This document shows positions 12,285-22,343 of a stretch of 64,000 nucleotides of DNA, piece by piece. The DNA lies in contig CAVPGK010000006.1 of assembly GCA_963703955.1 (NCBI GenBank), positions 161,403 through 225,402 on the forward strand, given 5' to 3'. Below the pieces are notes generated by a model, which did no database searches, was not told the DNA's origin, and worked only from the letters and a program-made list of their open reading frames with translations. This DNA is from Nitrospirota bacterium. GTDB lineage: Bacteria > Nitrospirota > Nitrospiria > Nitrospirales > Nitrospiraceae. Position numbers and translations under genes: made by a program. Every line of letters starts with the position of its first letter. Position 1 is the first letter of the stretch.

Positions 12285-12530
12285 GGTCTGGTCGCTTTTG
12301 CCCGATGATAGGATTTTGCGGGCTTTCTGTTTGGCACCACGTTGGCACCAACCTCTATAGCATTCACATTTTCAGTCACTTAGAACCTCATAGCTGACAG
12401 TGAATCAGCGGACTTAGCCGTGTGCCCGATTCCGGTATCCGTCAGTAACGCGATCAGAGGATCAATTTCTTTTCGGAGGGAAGGCGCAATGGGGGACGAA
12501 ACTAAAGTGATCATAGAAACGCGGCGGTGG

Positions 12531-12779
12531 TCAGTTTGAGTCCATCCATTTTATCGCCATGGCCAATGCAGCATTATTCGCCTCTGCCTCGGAAGCAAAA
12601 GGCTTAATAGGGTTGCCACAAATCGGTGTTATGGTTTCTATGCCGTCAGTGGATTCCCGAATCTGAGCCGCAGGAATCCAGCCAGCTCCAAGGCTTGGAT
12701 AAGAAACAAGGCGATAAGAAACAGGACGAAATCGACGATTGTTATGAGTGCGCCATTCATGCATTTGAAGAATCTCCAT
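12531..12779 (-). CDS. Small hypothetical protein
   Basis: ORF with FASEAEANNAALAMA helix; in an operon-like chain with 12757-12960 and 13032-13244. Confidence 0.5.
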   Translation of the reverse strand: MEILQMHEWRTHNNRRFRPVSYRLVSYPSLGAGWIPAAQIRESTDGIETITPICGNPIKPFASEAEANNAALAMAIKWMDSN

Positions 12780-12960
12780 TGTGCCTCGTCTCCGTCAACT
12801 TCATGGTGGCCTTGGCAGCGGCGACGTGCCGCTGCCATTTATGCTCAGCACAATTTTCGGGCATTGTGACGAACGGGCACATAGCCAAGAGGTCCGACAG
12901 CGCATCCCGTAGCCGCTGGACTTTCTCGCGTTCATCGCGCAGTAACTCGAATATGCTCAT
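12757..12960 (-). CDS. Small hypothetical protein
   Basis: GGAGG RBS upstream of the ATG; overlaps the next ORF. Confidence 0.4.
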   Translation of the reverse strand: MSIFELLRDEREKVQRLRDALSDLLAMCPFVTMPENCAEHKWQRHVAAAKATMKLTETRHNGDSSNA

Positions 12961-13031
12961 TCATCGACCTCCCGCCGAGGCAGGCTCTTTGGATCGCCTG
13001 ATCTCATCGACCTTCAGTCGCTGGCGGGCCG

Positions 13032-13244
13032 TTAGATCCAGCAGGCTAGTTCGGTCATCCTCACCTGGTACTGACCACAGCCCGTCTGCAGCAACGAGAC
13101 CGTTCTGGATCCGTTCAGTCGATCGATGGCCTGGGACACCTCAGACACGTTCAAACCTGAAAGAGATACCAGCCTCTCCATGCTCTGTGGACCCATTTCG
13201 CGCAAGGTATCGAGAAGTCGTGTCTCGATGGTTGTGGCGCTCAT
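13032..13244 (-). CDS. Small winged-helix-like hypothetical protein
   Basis: GGAGG RBS; HTH-like LSGLNVSEVSQAIDRL; sigma54 promoter upstream. Confidence 0.6.
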   Translation of the reverse strand: MSATTIETRLLDTLREMGPQSMERLVSLSGLNVSEVSQAIDRLNGSRTVSLLQTGCGQYQVRMTELACWI

Positions 13245-13283
13245 GTTTGAACCTCCATTGTGGTTAGTATGAAGGTCTTGTGA

Positions 13284-13299
13284 AGCAACGAGGGTGCCA
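13284..13299 (-). promoter_or_regulatory. sigma54 (-24/-12) promoter
   Basis: Minus strand reads TGGCAC-CCTCG-TTGCT, the canonical TGGCAC-N5-TTGC, 40 bp upstream of ATG 13244. Confidence 0.7.
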
Positions 13300-13545
13300 G
13301 CGAGATTGTTCTTATCTTTCAGTCATGAGGAATTGTATGGCGAACCAAATCTGACAAATTTGTTGGTAATCGAACAAGATTGAAAGAACCGCTCCGCCTG
13401 CCTCCAAGGGGACTAACTACTCCTCCCCTCCACCAGGCGAAGCGGGGCGACCGTTTTTGAGGGACCCGATATGATCGATCTGTCGAGCGTGTTTATCGCA
13501 TAGAGCGCGTCATGAGGATCGCCGCGTAGGTGGGCCTGGAAGGCG

Positions 13546-13872
13546 CTAGGATGAGCCGGATGCTATCATCCTGTTTGGGTAGGATAAATCATCTTGAGGT
13601 CGTCGAGAGCACCGACGGTCACAAAACTCACAGTATGGTCCCGCTATCATCCTGTTTGGGTAGGATAAGTCATCTTGAGGCAAATGCGTGCACCCGGCGG
13701 GCTGTTTGGACTGCGCGACCTCTTCAACCTTGAAGAGGTATCGCAGATAGGCGCCGGCCGTTCCCAGCCCAAGTCGCTTCGCCCGCGCTTTGATGGCCTG
13801 TTTTTCATCTAACGAGCAGTAGACTCTAATCGTATGAATCCTAAACGAAGTCCTAAACCAAGTCCTAAACAT
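13546..13872 (-). CDS. MobC/ribbon-helix-helix-like small DNA-binding protein
   Basis: TIRVYCSLDEKQAIKARAKRLGLGTAGAYLR resembles MobC/NikA RHH; AGGAGG RBS before ATG 13872; frame runs on through the repeats. Confidence 0.45.
   Translation of the reverse strand: MFRTWFRTSFRIHTIRVYCSLDEKQAIKARAKRLGLGTAGAYLRYLFKVEEVAQSKQPAGCTHLPQDDLSYPNRMIAGPYCEFCDRRCSRRPQDDLSYPNRMIASGSS
13562..13680. CRISPR. Orphan CRISPR-like mini-array (two 38-bp repeats, one 43-bp spacer)
   Basis: GCTATCATCCTGTTTGGGTAGGATAA(A/G)TCATCTTGAGG at 13562-13599 and 13643-13680 (1 mismatch), with internal ATCCT/AGGAT hairpin; no cas genes in the window. Confidence 0.45.
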
Positions 13873-14075
13873 AGTGTGACCTCCTTTCGCCCCAACGGAC
13901 TTTCGACTCAGTGTCCCATAACGCTCGCTCGATGACATGCTGTTAAAAGAGGAGTCTTCCGCTTTCGGCATACGTCGTGGTGGTCATGAATCGGCTTGCT
14001 CATCTGGAGCCTGCTCGTCGTGGTGCCGTGGACGAAGCGACGATGGAACAAACCCTAAGGTCGGGGGACAGTCAC

Positions 14076-14300
14076 GGGCGGGCGCGGCACACCGCCGCCT
14101 CGCACATGGTGATGCGAGGGCGGACGCTACAGGAGGTCAAGGAAGTCCTGGGGCACAGCGACTATCGTATGACGCTCCGGTACGCGCATCTCTCCCCGGC
14201 GCATTTACGGACCGCCGTGGAAGCCCTGGGTGGACTGACAGATCGCGCAATGAACAAGGCTCCATCAGATAAGACCCCGATGCTTTGCATACAGGAATAG
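14076..14300 (+). pseudogene. Tyrosine integrase C-terminal remnant
   Basis: [21 protein letters not shown]...TLRYAHL (box II H and catalytic Y); N-terminus missing. Confidence 0.85.
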
Positions 14301-14957
14301 GATGCGGTCAATAAGCGGGAGAGCGACGGCGAGCTCGGCCATCAGGGATGGCATTTTAAGCAGTTCGTTAATATCCTTATCTGGAATATCCGGACCGGGA
14401 TCTCCAAGGTGAAGTGCTGAAATAAAGATTTCGTTGACGAAACGGTGATGCGTCTTGAGAGGGTGGTTGCTTCTTTCAAACACACCACATCGATCTGCTG
14501 GCATGCGGGCCAAGGCCCGCCTGACTACACTATCCCTCACATGACCGCTCATATTGTTCCTAAATTGTTTAACAACTTCATGCGCATTCTTGAACTTCCT
14601 CATGCAGTCGTCGAAGAATTTACGTTCGTTTGGAACAGAAATGGCGACCTTGAACTCGCTTTGACCTTGAAGATGCTGCAATGCACTACTGATCTCAAGA
14701 AGTGTTCTTGCAGAATTGCGAAAGAAGTAGTTATGCCGCCACGCCGCCGAGTTGTGGTCAAGATGCTTCATTGGGTTTTTGACAATTCCCTGCATTTCAA
14801 TGAACAGATCCTCGCGGAGTAAACAGAGGCGGGCAACTGTAGTCGCAAATTCATCTGGAGGAAACCACCTTTGAAGCGTGACCACGTGCGTTCTTGATCT
14901 AGCCGGTTGTCGAGGACGAATGGGTCTGTGCATGAATGGCAATTGGGACTGACGCAC
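14265..14957 (-). CDS. Hypothetical helical protein with putative HEPN R-x5-H motif
   Basis: 230-aa ORF, lower GC than its surroundings, FRNNMSGH motif; sits between an integrase remnant and tRNA-Ser. Confidence 0.55.
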   Translation of the reverse strand: MRQSQLPFMHRPIRPRQPARSRTHVVTLQRWFPPDEFATTVARLCLLREDLFIEMQGIVKNPMKHLDHNSAAWRHNYFFRNSARTLLEISSALQHLQGQSEFKVAISVPNERKFFDDCMRKFKNAHEVVKQFRNNMSGHVRDSVVRRALARMPADRCGVFERSNHPLKTHHRFVNEIFISALHLGDPGPDIPDKDINELLKMPSLMAELAVALPLIDRILFLYAKHRGLI

Positions 14958-15086
14958 TACTCGCTATATGTCGGAAGGAGAGTATAGTGCATTTTTGGAT
15001 AGGAACTTGACTCCCTGACACAGAAAATGTCACAAAGGACAGAAACCGCCGGAGCCAAACTTCCAACCCATTGACATCTCTAAGAC

Positions 15087-15179
15087 GGAGAGGTGGCCGA
15101 GTGGCCGAAGGCAACGGTTTGCTAAACCGTCACAGGGCCAAAAGCCTTGTCGCGGGTTCAAATCCCGCCCTCTCCGCCA
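15087..15179 (+). tRNA. tRNA-Ser(GCT)
   Basis: GGAGAGG/CCTCTCC acceptor stem, ACGGT-TTGCTAA-ACCGT anticodon arm, long variable arm, TTCAAAT T-loop, encoded CCA. Confidence 0.97.
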
Positions 15180-15235
15180 TTTTCACCACTTGCGCTATGT
15201 TTCGTAACCTCGTCTCGTGTGTTTTCATTGGTGCC

Positions 15236-15670
15236 TTAGCTCACTTGTGTTATTAGGGTGTTAGATTCGGACGGCAGTGTCACAGCCAGATACTTTTGCA
15301 ACTGCTGTCCTGCCTGTCTTAGATCATGCTGCTTCCAAGTGTTGTAGCGTTCGAAGGATTCAAAGGACTTGTGGCCGCTGATTTTTTTGATGGTCAGCAA
15401 ATCCACCCCCGTCCGCCTGAGGTTCGTTACCCCAGTGTGCCGTAAATCATGAAACCACAGATGTGGTAATCCGATCTGCTTTACCGCCTTTTAAAACCGA
15501 TCATAAAGTTGCTTGGCGGTGAGGAAATATAGCTCGATTGCCATGCAGTGAACGCACCTTAAAGATGTCCCGTACTTCTTGGATGACATCATCAGGTAGC
15601 AAGCATAAAGGGATATTTAAGTCGGTGTCATTCTTTACCCACGGGGCAGGGATGGTAATAAACCCCGCCG
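15236..15670 (-). pseudogene. Tyrosine integrase C-terminal remnant
   Basis: Minus strand translates LPHLWFHDLRHTGVTNLRRTGVDLLTIKKISGHKSFESFERYN; frameshift near 15490; fused upstream to a truncated membrane-protein ORF (FDRDRAFYPT). Confidence 0.85.
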
Positions 15671-15906
15671 GGAACGCAGCAAATAGACCGTAATAGGACG
15701 CGATGATGATCATCAAAGTAGGATAAAAGGCACGATCGCGGTCAAAGCCGACGATGGTGGCTGAAAGGGAAACTGCCAAAGCTAAAAAGGCACCTACAAA
15801 GTATTCCAGATTCGTTCCTTGGTGTTCTCACGTTGGACGTCACACAACCATAGCGGTGACGCGAAGCGGCTCCGGTGCAGGTCCAGGCTAGCGGACGTGT
15901 CATGCC

Positions 15907-16368
15907 TCATAGCCACCTACGCACCCGACCTGTGTAGGCCACGAACTGCTGCCCAAACAAGGAATTGAGCGCCTTTTCCTCTGGTCCGATTTGGAAGCGG
16001 TTCATGTAGAAGATGAACGCCGGAAGAAAAAGGAAGGCGAGCGCGTTGGACAAGAAAATGGCCCACCCGAGCAAGACCAACAGAAAGCCGAGATACATCG
16101 GATTGCGTGTCAGCCTATAGATGCCGGACACCACCAAAGAGGAGGTTGAGTCGGGCTTCATGGGGTTGACTGTTGTCCGTGCTCGCCTGAATGAGGCAAT
16201 ACCCAACCCGCTTATGACTACGCCGGCGACAGCCACACTCACTGAGAAGAGCTCGTGTGCGGGAAACATGAGCCCAAATGCCGGCATGGCCCACGAGGCA
16301 AGCCACATGAGCGCAGCCATGGAGAGAACAAGAGCGACAGGCGGAACCTTCAATTCAAGCACGTGCAC
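15907..16368 (-). CDS. Isoprenylcysteine carboxyl methyltransferase (ICMT/Ste14) family membrane protein
   Basis: TTVNPMKP..LVVSGIYRLTRNPMYLG...PEEKAL..FG..Y..RVRRWL. Confidence 0.9.
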   Translation of the reverse strand: MHVLELKVPPVALVLSMAALMWLASWAMPAFGLMFPAHELFSVSVAVAGVVISGLGIASFRRARTTVNPMKPDSTSSLVVSGIYRLTRNPMYLGFLLVLLGWAIFLSNALAFLFLPAFIFYMNRFQIGPEEKALNSLFGQQFVAYTGRVRRWL

Positions 16369-16814
16369 GGCGCCTGCTCGGAAAAATCAGGTGAAGGAGA
16401 TACGGGAGATGGATAGGCGATGAGACTTGTCGCGCCCCCTTTATCAGATGTCTTCATCCGCACGGTGCGACCGCGCGCCCTCTTCAACGCGTCAATCCCC
16501 AAGTCTGCTGCCGCAGGGGCCATGTCGTTACTCGTCGAGGCTCGGGCGAAGGAGGAAGTCTCTCGCTCCCCGTGGCAGTCATACGATCTTCAGTCCTCAG
16601 TCATGGTGTGTAGCTTGGCATGGCCATCTTGTCTCGCCTCAGCAGAGGCGATTGACCTCGAATCACTACCGATCACGTGAGACGATCCGACCAGACAGAG
16701 AGATCGAACCAAAGGGCTTTTAATCGTCCATGGCGAACATGGAAAGACTCTTGAGCGAGCCAGGCTACTTTCTGTCAGCAGCCCTGTCAACTGATCGTCA
16801 ACCCAATATGGAAG

Positions 16815-17425
16815 TCATTGCTTGACGTGACACGCGTGCATCCGGGGTTTCTGTGCGGACTGGTGGTCAACTGCCATGTGCTGAGGGTGGCCCCTTCTGG
16901 TGGGGAAGTGCCGAAGCAAATCGCGCGGATCCTGATAAACTCGGTAGGCACGCGCTCTCTCCAGTTCATCCTGTCCGTATCCTCCTGAGAGTACCCCCAC
17001 GCCGAGCGCTCTCGCCCGTCGCGCAGCCAGCAAGTCCCAGACGCTGTCGCCAACCACGACTGACGCCTCGATGGATACTCCAAGACTTCGGGCGGCAGCC
17101 AGAAACAAGTCAGGGTCAGGTTTCGCGTGGCGGACTGGATCCCGAGTGATGACCGGCGCCTGTGGATCCAGGTCAAGCACCTGCAAGGTCAGTTGGGCAA
17201 TCTCCAGGTGACCGCTTGTCGCAATCGCAAGGCATTGACGAAGAAACCTTCACTCATGCCGATCTGCCGGTGGATCCGCCACACCGCGAGTTCGATGCCG
17301 GCTTCCTCCAGAGCCTCTCGCCAGGCTAAGACGTGTTGGTAGACGCTATCGACCAGCGTTCCATCGAGATCGAATAAAAACGCCGAGCCACTCACGTTGG
17401 ACTGGCTGCTCACCTCCTTGTCCAT
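16815..17425 (-). pseudogene. HAD-family hydrolase with internal deletion/frameshift
   Basis: FDLDGTLVDS (motif I) in ORF 17189-17542; KPDPD and VGDSVWD in ORF 16815-17186; middle part missing. Confidence 0.8.
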
Positions 17426-17658
17426 TTCATCGCCTCCTCCAGGCATCAGTGCTGTTGGGTTGTTATCACTCTCATTTTCCGCATCATAGATCATCTGAGA
17501 CTTATCGCCAATCCTGTGGGCGGCGCGAGCACGTAGGTTCATGGTTCTTGAAACCTGAGCAATTTTGACCAGACTGCGATCTGTTTCATAGGCATAATGC
17601 GGCTGACATTTTGGCGCTCGCCTTCGCCGTCAGTCTGAGCAGACAAAGAGGCAACACC

Positions 17659-17865
17659 ATGGCCTGCCGAGTCGCCCGGTCGTCGCAAGGTCACATACGC
17701 ATGGATCTGGTCGACTGCTGTGAGTGTGGCTCAGCGAATCTGGAGGTGTTCTACTCGTCAAGAACCCTCGGGCCGCACCTGTGTCGGATTTGCGTACAGT
17801 CCAAGGTCGAGGGGGGAGTCACGAAGTATGACCAGGACTGCATCGCCGCGACAGTAGGTCGATAG
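17659..17865 (+). CDS. Small CxxC..CxxC zinc-finger-like protein
   Basis: CECGSANLEVFYSS..HLCRIC, similar to the motif in 46547-46915. Confidence 0.5.
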   Translation: MACRVARSSQGHIRMDLVDCCECGSANLEVFYSSRTLGPHLCRICVQSKVEGGVTKYDQDCIAATVGR

Positions 17866-18675
17866 ATAGCACGGTGCCGGAGAACGAGGCCGAAGACGAA
17901 AACATTCGACCCGGTGTTGCCATTGCCCACTTGTAGGTGCGTCTTACAGACGACAATAGAACTCCTCGTCATCGGGATCGTGACCACGTTGCTTTTGCTG
18001 TGGCTCATGATTTTTGTCCTCTGGTCGTTCATAGCTGGATATCTCCAGACCATCCCTTTCCCATCCTTTTTTCAGAGGAAAAAGCAGAGTCAAACGGGCA
18101 GGTCGAGGACACTCCACGCCTGAGGCAGAGAGGAGATCACCATGTCACAGCAAGGGAACGATGAGCCGCTCCCTGTTCCTGTCTGTTTTGAGATGCCGGT
18201 ATCCGAAATCATTCAATTCTTGCATGAAACGTTCCCATCGGGCTGGCAGATATACGCCGGGGCCACCTTCAAAAGGAGACTGGAGCGGATGCTCTCCAAA
18301 GCCTTTTTGTCATTCCAAGAAAAATCTATCGTAGAACACTGTATGTCTCCGTACCCTACCTGTGCCTGACGACCACCTCGCTACCGAAACAAGGGTGCCA
18401 CCGGGGCAGGTGTTATTCCAGTGTTAAGGGTGGATTTGGCGACTGATGGAGATGAATAGAGCTTAATACAGACAAACAAGGCGGGTGCTTAACTTTTTGA
18501 TGTTCAAGGGGGAGTCGCTACATTTCAATAACATAACGACTCACCCCTTAATGGTTTGCTAAGCCGTCACAGGGCCAAAAGCCTTGTCGCGGGTTCAAAT
18601 CCCGCCCTCTCCGCCAAAACATCAATCTGCTTGCTGATGAACAGTGGAGCATGACCTCGTGGCCGATCCACCCCC

Positions 18676-18852
18676 AGAGGACGGGATTTGAACAGGGTTG
18701 TGAAGGGGGTGCGCCCCCTTCAGGGAGACCGCGCGAGGGGGACCGCGACGCGAGGAATAACGAGCGTCACGTTTGCGGACGCCGGCGAGTCGGTGAGCCG
18801 GCCGGGTCCTTGACCCCCCTTAGCGGGAGGGCGCGCTGAAATCAGCAAGCAG
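18676..18852. repeat. tRNA-tail mini-element, second copy
   Basis: 18676-18693 is the reverse complement of the adjacent tRNA T-arm/acceptor (17/18); shares the CGTTTG..CGCCG.CGAGTCGGTGAG.CGGCCGGGTC and AGGGCGCGCTGAAA modules with 5903-6065. Confidence 0.6.
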
Positions 18853-19527
18853 TCTTTCAGCCTCCGGCCGATATCGGTGCGTCCATCCGTAGGGATCGTT
18901 CGGGTGCTCGAGGTGAAGAATCGCTTCAAGTTCCTGTCGAGCACGCTTGAAATCCTTGTTCTTTAGGCAGAGCTTGGCAAGATCTAGCCGCGCTTGCGCA
19001 TATGAGGGATCAGCCGTGACCGCTCGCTTCAGATGATCAAGCGCCTTCCGTGAATTCCCTCCCAAAATCCAAGGAAGGCCCTCAAGCATCATCCCCATCA
19101 TGTGATGCGAGGGGGCATGATCCGGTTGCAATTCGAGCGCCCGCCTGATGTGCGTCTTGAGGTCCAGGACGACGCGTGCTGAGGCCGTGATCCCTTGCAA
19201 GTTCGCCGCGTTGCCGGTATTGGCCGCATAGAGAAAATGCGCGATGGCGTTTGCTTCATCTCGGTCGAGTGCCCGCCGGGCGAAGTGTGCTCCCGCTAAA
19301 TACGCTGAAATGCGCTGCGAAGGTTCCGTCCAAAGATCGTCCCCCATCTGAAAATAAAGATGAGAAACCTTCACCAGGGTCTGCGGGTTAGTCGAGGTTT
19401 CAGCCCCGGCCTCTTGTAACGCGGCAAGCTCACGATGAAGCGACTGTGGGTAGTCGATGGGCGCCGGTTCGCTCCAGGCAATCGCCTGGACCATCCGCCA
19501 TGCCATTACGATCAGGATAATTTTCAT
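18820..19527 (-). CDS. Tetratricopeptide-repeat protein
   Basis: TPR-like helices (RALELQPDHAPSH, RAVTADPSYAQARLDLA). Confidence 0.75.
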   Translation of the reverse strand: MKIILIVMAWRMVQAIAWSEPAPIDYPQSLHRELAALQEAGAETSTNPQTLVKVSHLYFQMGDDLWTEPSQRISAYLAGAHFARRALDRDEANAIAHFLYAANTGNAANLQGITASARVVLDLKTHIRRALELQPDHAPSHHMMGMMLEGLPWILGGNSRKALDHLKRAVTADPSYAQARLDLAKLCLKNKDFKRARQELEAILHLEHPNDPYGWTHRYRPEAERLLADFSAPSR

Positions 19528-19688
19528 GTTTCGCGGACTATGTCATATCTGTCATAATTGCGTCCATCGATGGACTGAACAGTCACTGCCGTCTGTACGG
19601 TGGAGTGACAACAAGACGAGATTATCCAGCGTCCATTGAAATGATCGGTACGCGCCGGCTCAGGCGAAGCTTGGTATGGAGGTGGGCT

Positions 19689-20048
19689 ATGGGACCGACC
19701 AAAGCGATCGTCAAGGGTGATGCGGTTTACGAGGCGAAAACGGGCAAGCTTCTCAAGGGGGGATTCTCAGGCCGATCGGAGATGGAGGATTACGCGGCGC
19801 ACCATTACATCGTGCTGCCGGAAATCGACAAAGCCGGTAGGCCGTGGGAACTGGATGGGAAGCCGGTGTACTGCCTGCGTGGCTCCCGTTATGAGACAGT
19901 GGACGATCACCAGCCGCATCTGGCTCGCTGTCCGGACTGCGGCGGCATGGGCGTCCGCGTCGATGAGATTACGGTGGAGTCGGACTGCATTCGTTGCACT
20001 CAATGCGAGCACGAGTTTGATACCCGCTTGCAGATGATGGAAAGTTAA
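19689..20048 (+). CDS. Hypothetical zinc-ribbon protein
   Basis: GGAGG RBS before ATG 19689; CPDC...CTQC motifs. Confidence 0.7.
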   Translation: MGPTKAIVKGDAVYEAKTGKLLKGGFSGRSEMEDYAAHHYIVLPEIDKAGRPWELDGKPVYCLRGSRYETVDDHQPHLARCPDCGGMGVRVDEITVESDCIRCTQCEHEFDTRLQMMES

Positions 20049-20051
20049 AGA

Positions 20052-20235
20052 CGCAGGGCGGCTGGGCTGACCGCCGGTGCTCGCGCACCGCATGTTTGCC
20101 CTCCCCCTCAGGCGTCATTTATCCACCCGACCAGAGTCCGCCAAGGCAGGCTCTATTCCAGTGGGACGCACTCCTTCGGGAGGAATGTGCCCGGTGAACG
20201 CGCGCAGGTAGGAGTCAGGCTCCAGCCGCGCTGCG
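20052..20235. repeat. MITE-like intergenic repeat
   Basis: Terminal inverted repeats CGCAGGGCGGCTGG...CCAGCCGCGCTGCG (1 mismatch); left end resembles the start of the repeat at 51158. Confidence 0.5.
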
Positions 20236-20348
20236 GAAAAAGAAGGGACGAGGAGAAGGAAGCAAACATCCAGTTCAGTTTAAGCCTTCCATTGGGTGAG
20301 GCAAATGAGTTATTCTCTCCCTCGAAATGACCTCATCGATGGAGCCGC

Positions 20349-21122
20349 ATGACGAAACAGACCAAGACCAGACTCAGCCGAGGATTGTTTGTTGACCGCG
20401 ATGTCGAACGACTGCGTCAGCAGTTGGCTCGCTTCAAGCCCTTTCTTTCCCGTCGAGCGAACGCCGAATCGTTGGCAGAATTCGATCAGGCGACCGAGCA
20501 GTTGCTCAGTGCAATATTCGGCGAAGCTTCGGAAATCGCCGAGGCCTATGAATATGCGAAGGTGGGCGAAGCGGCCAGTCTGGTCAACCTGCCGGAGGAG
20601 GCCCAAGAAAGCGGGACTCAGGATATCGATCGGGAAAGTTTGCAGCAACGGAAGCGGGTCCTGGAAAGCGCTGTGTCCGAACTCGAGACGCATCACGCGG
20701 ACAAGGGGAAGACTTCGTATGGCGGTTCGAAACGAGGGCGGGTGCCTCGAGTCGCGGAGTATATGTCCTCCGATGTCCGAAGCATTGCCCTCAACGCCAC
20801 ACTCAAGGAAGCCGGTCGTCTGCTGCAAAAGCTGAAGGTGGGGTCGTTGTTGGTGGATGACGACCGGCGCTACATCGGCATCATTACCGATACAGACTTG
20901 AGCCGGAAGGCCGTCGCCCGCGGCCTTAATCCCTCCACGACCACCGTCAAGACCTGCATGAGCAACCCGATCATCTCCATCGAGGACAGTGAGCCGATTA
21001 CAGAAGCAGTCAAGCTCATGAAGGATGAAGGCGTCCGTCACCTCGCCGTCACAGAAGACCGCACCATTATCGGGGTTCTGTCGCTGTCCGACATCCTGCG
21101 TTACTACATGAGTTTGGAATAA
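20349..21122 (+). CDS. CBS-domain protein with N-terminal helical domain
   Basis: CBS pair: VAEYMS, VGSLLV..YIGIITDTDL, VRHLAV..IIGVLSLSDI. Confidence 0.9.
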   Translation: MTKQTKTRLSRGLFVDRDVERLRQQLARFKPFLSRRANAESLAEFDQATEQLLSAIFGEASEIAEAYEYAKVGEAASLVNLPEEAQESGTQDIDRESLQQRKRVLESAVSELETHHADKGKTSYGGSKRGRVPRVAEYMSSDVRSIALNATLKEAGRLLQKLKVGSLLVDDDRRYIGIITDTDLSRKAVARGLNPSTTTVKTCMSNPIISIEDSEPITEAVKLMKDEGVRHLAVTEDRTIIGVLSLSDILRYYMSLE

Positions 21123-21158
21123 CCGCTCGCCGGAACGTTCTCACTATCATCATTCCAC

Positions 21159-21197
21159 GCGCCCGTAGCTCAATGGATAGAGCACAGACTACGGATC
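21159..21197 (+). pseudogene. 5' half of tRNA-Arg(ACG) (attL-like)
   Basis: GCGCCCGTAGCTCAATGGATAGAGCA-CAGACTACGGATC, then unrelated sequence; one C missing in the anticodon stem. Confidence 0.85.
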
Positions 21198-21383
21198 AAC
21201 ACTAGGGTTACTACTCAATCCGTTTAAGACACGGGTAATCCCCTTCCCTCTCTCGTGGAATAGTCGCACTCAGTGATTAAGCGGACTTTGTCTCTCACTG
21301 ATGGCTGGTAACATGAGTTAAGTCGTTTGCATTAGGTATTTGGTCGCCTGGTTGGCGCCCTTACGCCGCAAGCGCCGCTCCAT

Positions 21384-22178
21384 TCATGTCTCATCCAGCA
21401 TCCCGCTCTTACAAGCGATCACGACGGCATTCACGAGATCATCGGTGAAGAGCTTCTTCTTGATGCGCTGTAAGTGCATCCTGACTGTGCGGTCGCTGAT
21501 CGCCTCCGCCGCCGCGATCTGCTTGCTGAGTTCTCCCATTGCGCGACGTCGCAGGATGGCGGTCTCCCGCTTCGTGAGGAGCGTGCGCGGGTATGCTCGC
21601 TGGCTCGCCTTGACGAGCCACGGAACGATGACCTCAAATCGCTTGAGGTGCGCGCGGCCACTCTGTTCGGAGGCCATGGCGGCATTAAACCATACGTAGC
21701 GGTCCGGGCTGGCGTAGCCTCCGCACAGCGAATATTGCAGACGTGCCTGTTCAACCCGCTTCAGCATTTCTGCATCAAATTGCGCCTTCAACCGCTTCGC
21801 GACATCACACCACATGAGCACTCGTCTTGTCCGAAGCCATTCCCGAAACATGGGACTCTTCCACAGCGCGCCTGTCGTGAGATACCAGCGCAAAAAGGCA
21901 GGGGGAAAACTGTGATTGAAGACATAGCAGATGGTCGTGCTGGATGGATATCCCCACGAGACGGCGAGTTTCTCGTATGGGATGATGATCTGCAGACTGT
22001 CAAGGAGTTTACGAAACTGCCTCGGTGTATGACATCGAGACGCAGCGGCCTTTATCTTGCGGAGGGATACGGCGTGGTGAGAAGAAAGGACACGCCCTCT
22101 TGTATCATCCTTCGATCGGGAGATCGGTTGAACGCCTCCCTTTGCACTCGAACCTGACGACACGGAACTGTGGGCCAT
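21384..22178 (-). CDS. LuxR-family regulator with autoinducer-binding-like domain (LuxR solo)
   Basis: C-terminal LTKRETAIL...SKQIA....ISDRTVRMHLQRIKKKL HTH; N-terminal FPPAFLRWY..SPMF segment; paralog at 34007. Confidence 0.85.
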   Translation of the reverse strand: MAHSSVSSGSSAKGGVQPISRSKDDTRGRVLSSHHAVSLRKIKAAASRCHTPRQFRKLLDSLQIIIPYEKLAVSWGYPSSTTICYVFNHSFPPAFLRWYLTTGALWKSPMFREWLRTRRVLMWCDVAKRLKAQFDAEMLKRVEQARLQYSLCGGYASPDRYVWFNAAMASEQSGRAHLKRFEVIVPWLVKASQRAYPRTLLTKRETAILRRRAMGELSKQIAAAEAISDRTVRMHLQRIKKKLFTDDLVNAVVIACKSGMLDET

Positions 22179-22343
22179 GCCTACCTCTGCATGCTGGAAG
22201 AGGATACCTCTTCTCTTGACAGATTGTCACCTTGGTCGATGTTCCGATATGATTCGCGGCCCAGCTTAGGGTTCTTGCACCCACTCGGACAGCCTCCTGA
22301 TTTTTGTCTCGTTTTCCGGCGGAGGGCTGGTCCTCGCCTATAA

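Larger units (their letters stand above)
15180..18616. mobile_element. Decayed integrative element at tRNA-Ser(GCT), bounded by a 64-bp att duplication (18553-18616)
   Basis: 18553-18616 duplicates the tRNA 3' part from the anticodon arm (1 mismatch); integrase remnant next to the tRNA; GTGTTA tandem arm-like repeats at ~15247 and ~18410. Confidence 0.85.

Noticed and set aside
13977..14075. Full small recombinase starting at 13977
   Set aside because: The N-terminal part has no integrase box I; only the C-terminal remnant is supported.
18387..18401. Motif C read as a minus-strand sigma54 promoter (TGGCACCCTTGTTTC)
   Set aside because: The -12 TTGC is absent or wrongly spaced in all four copies.
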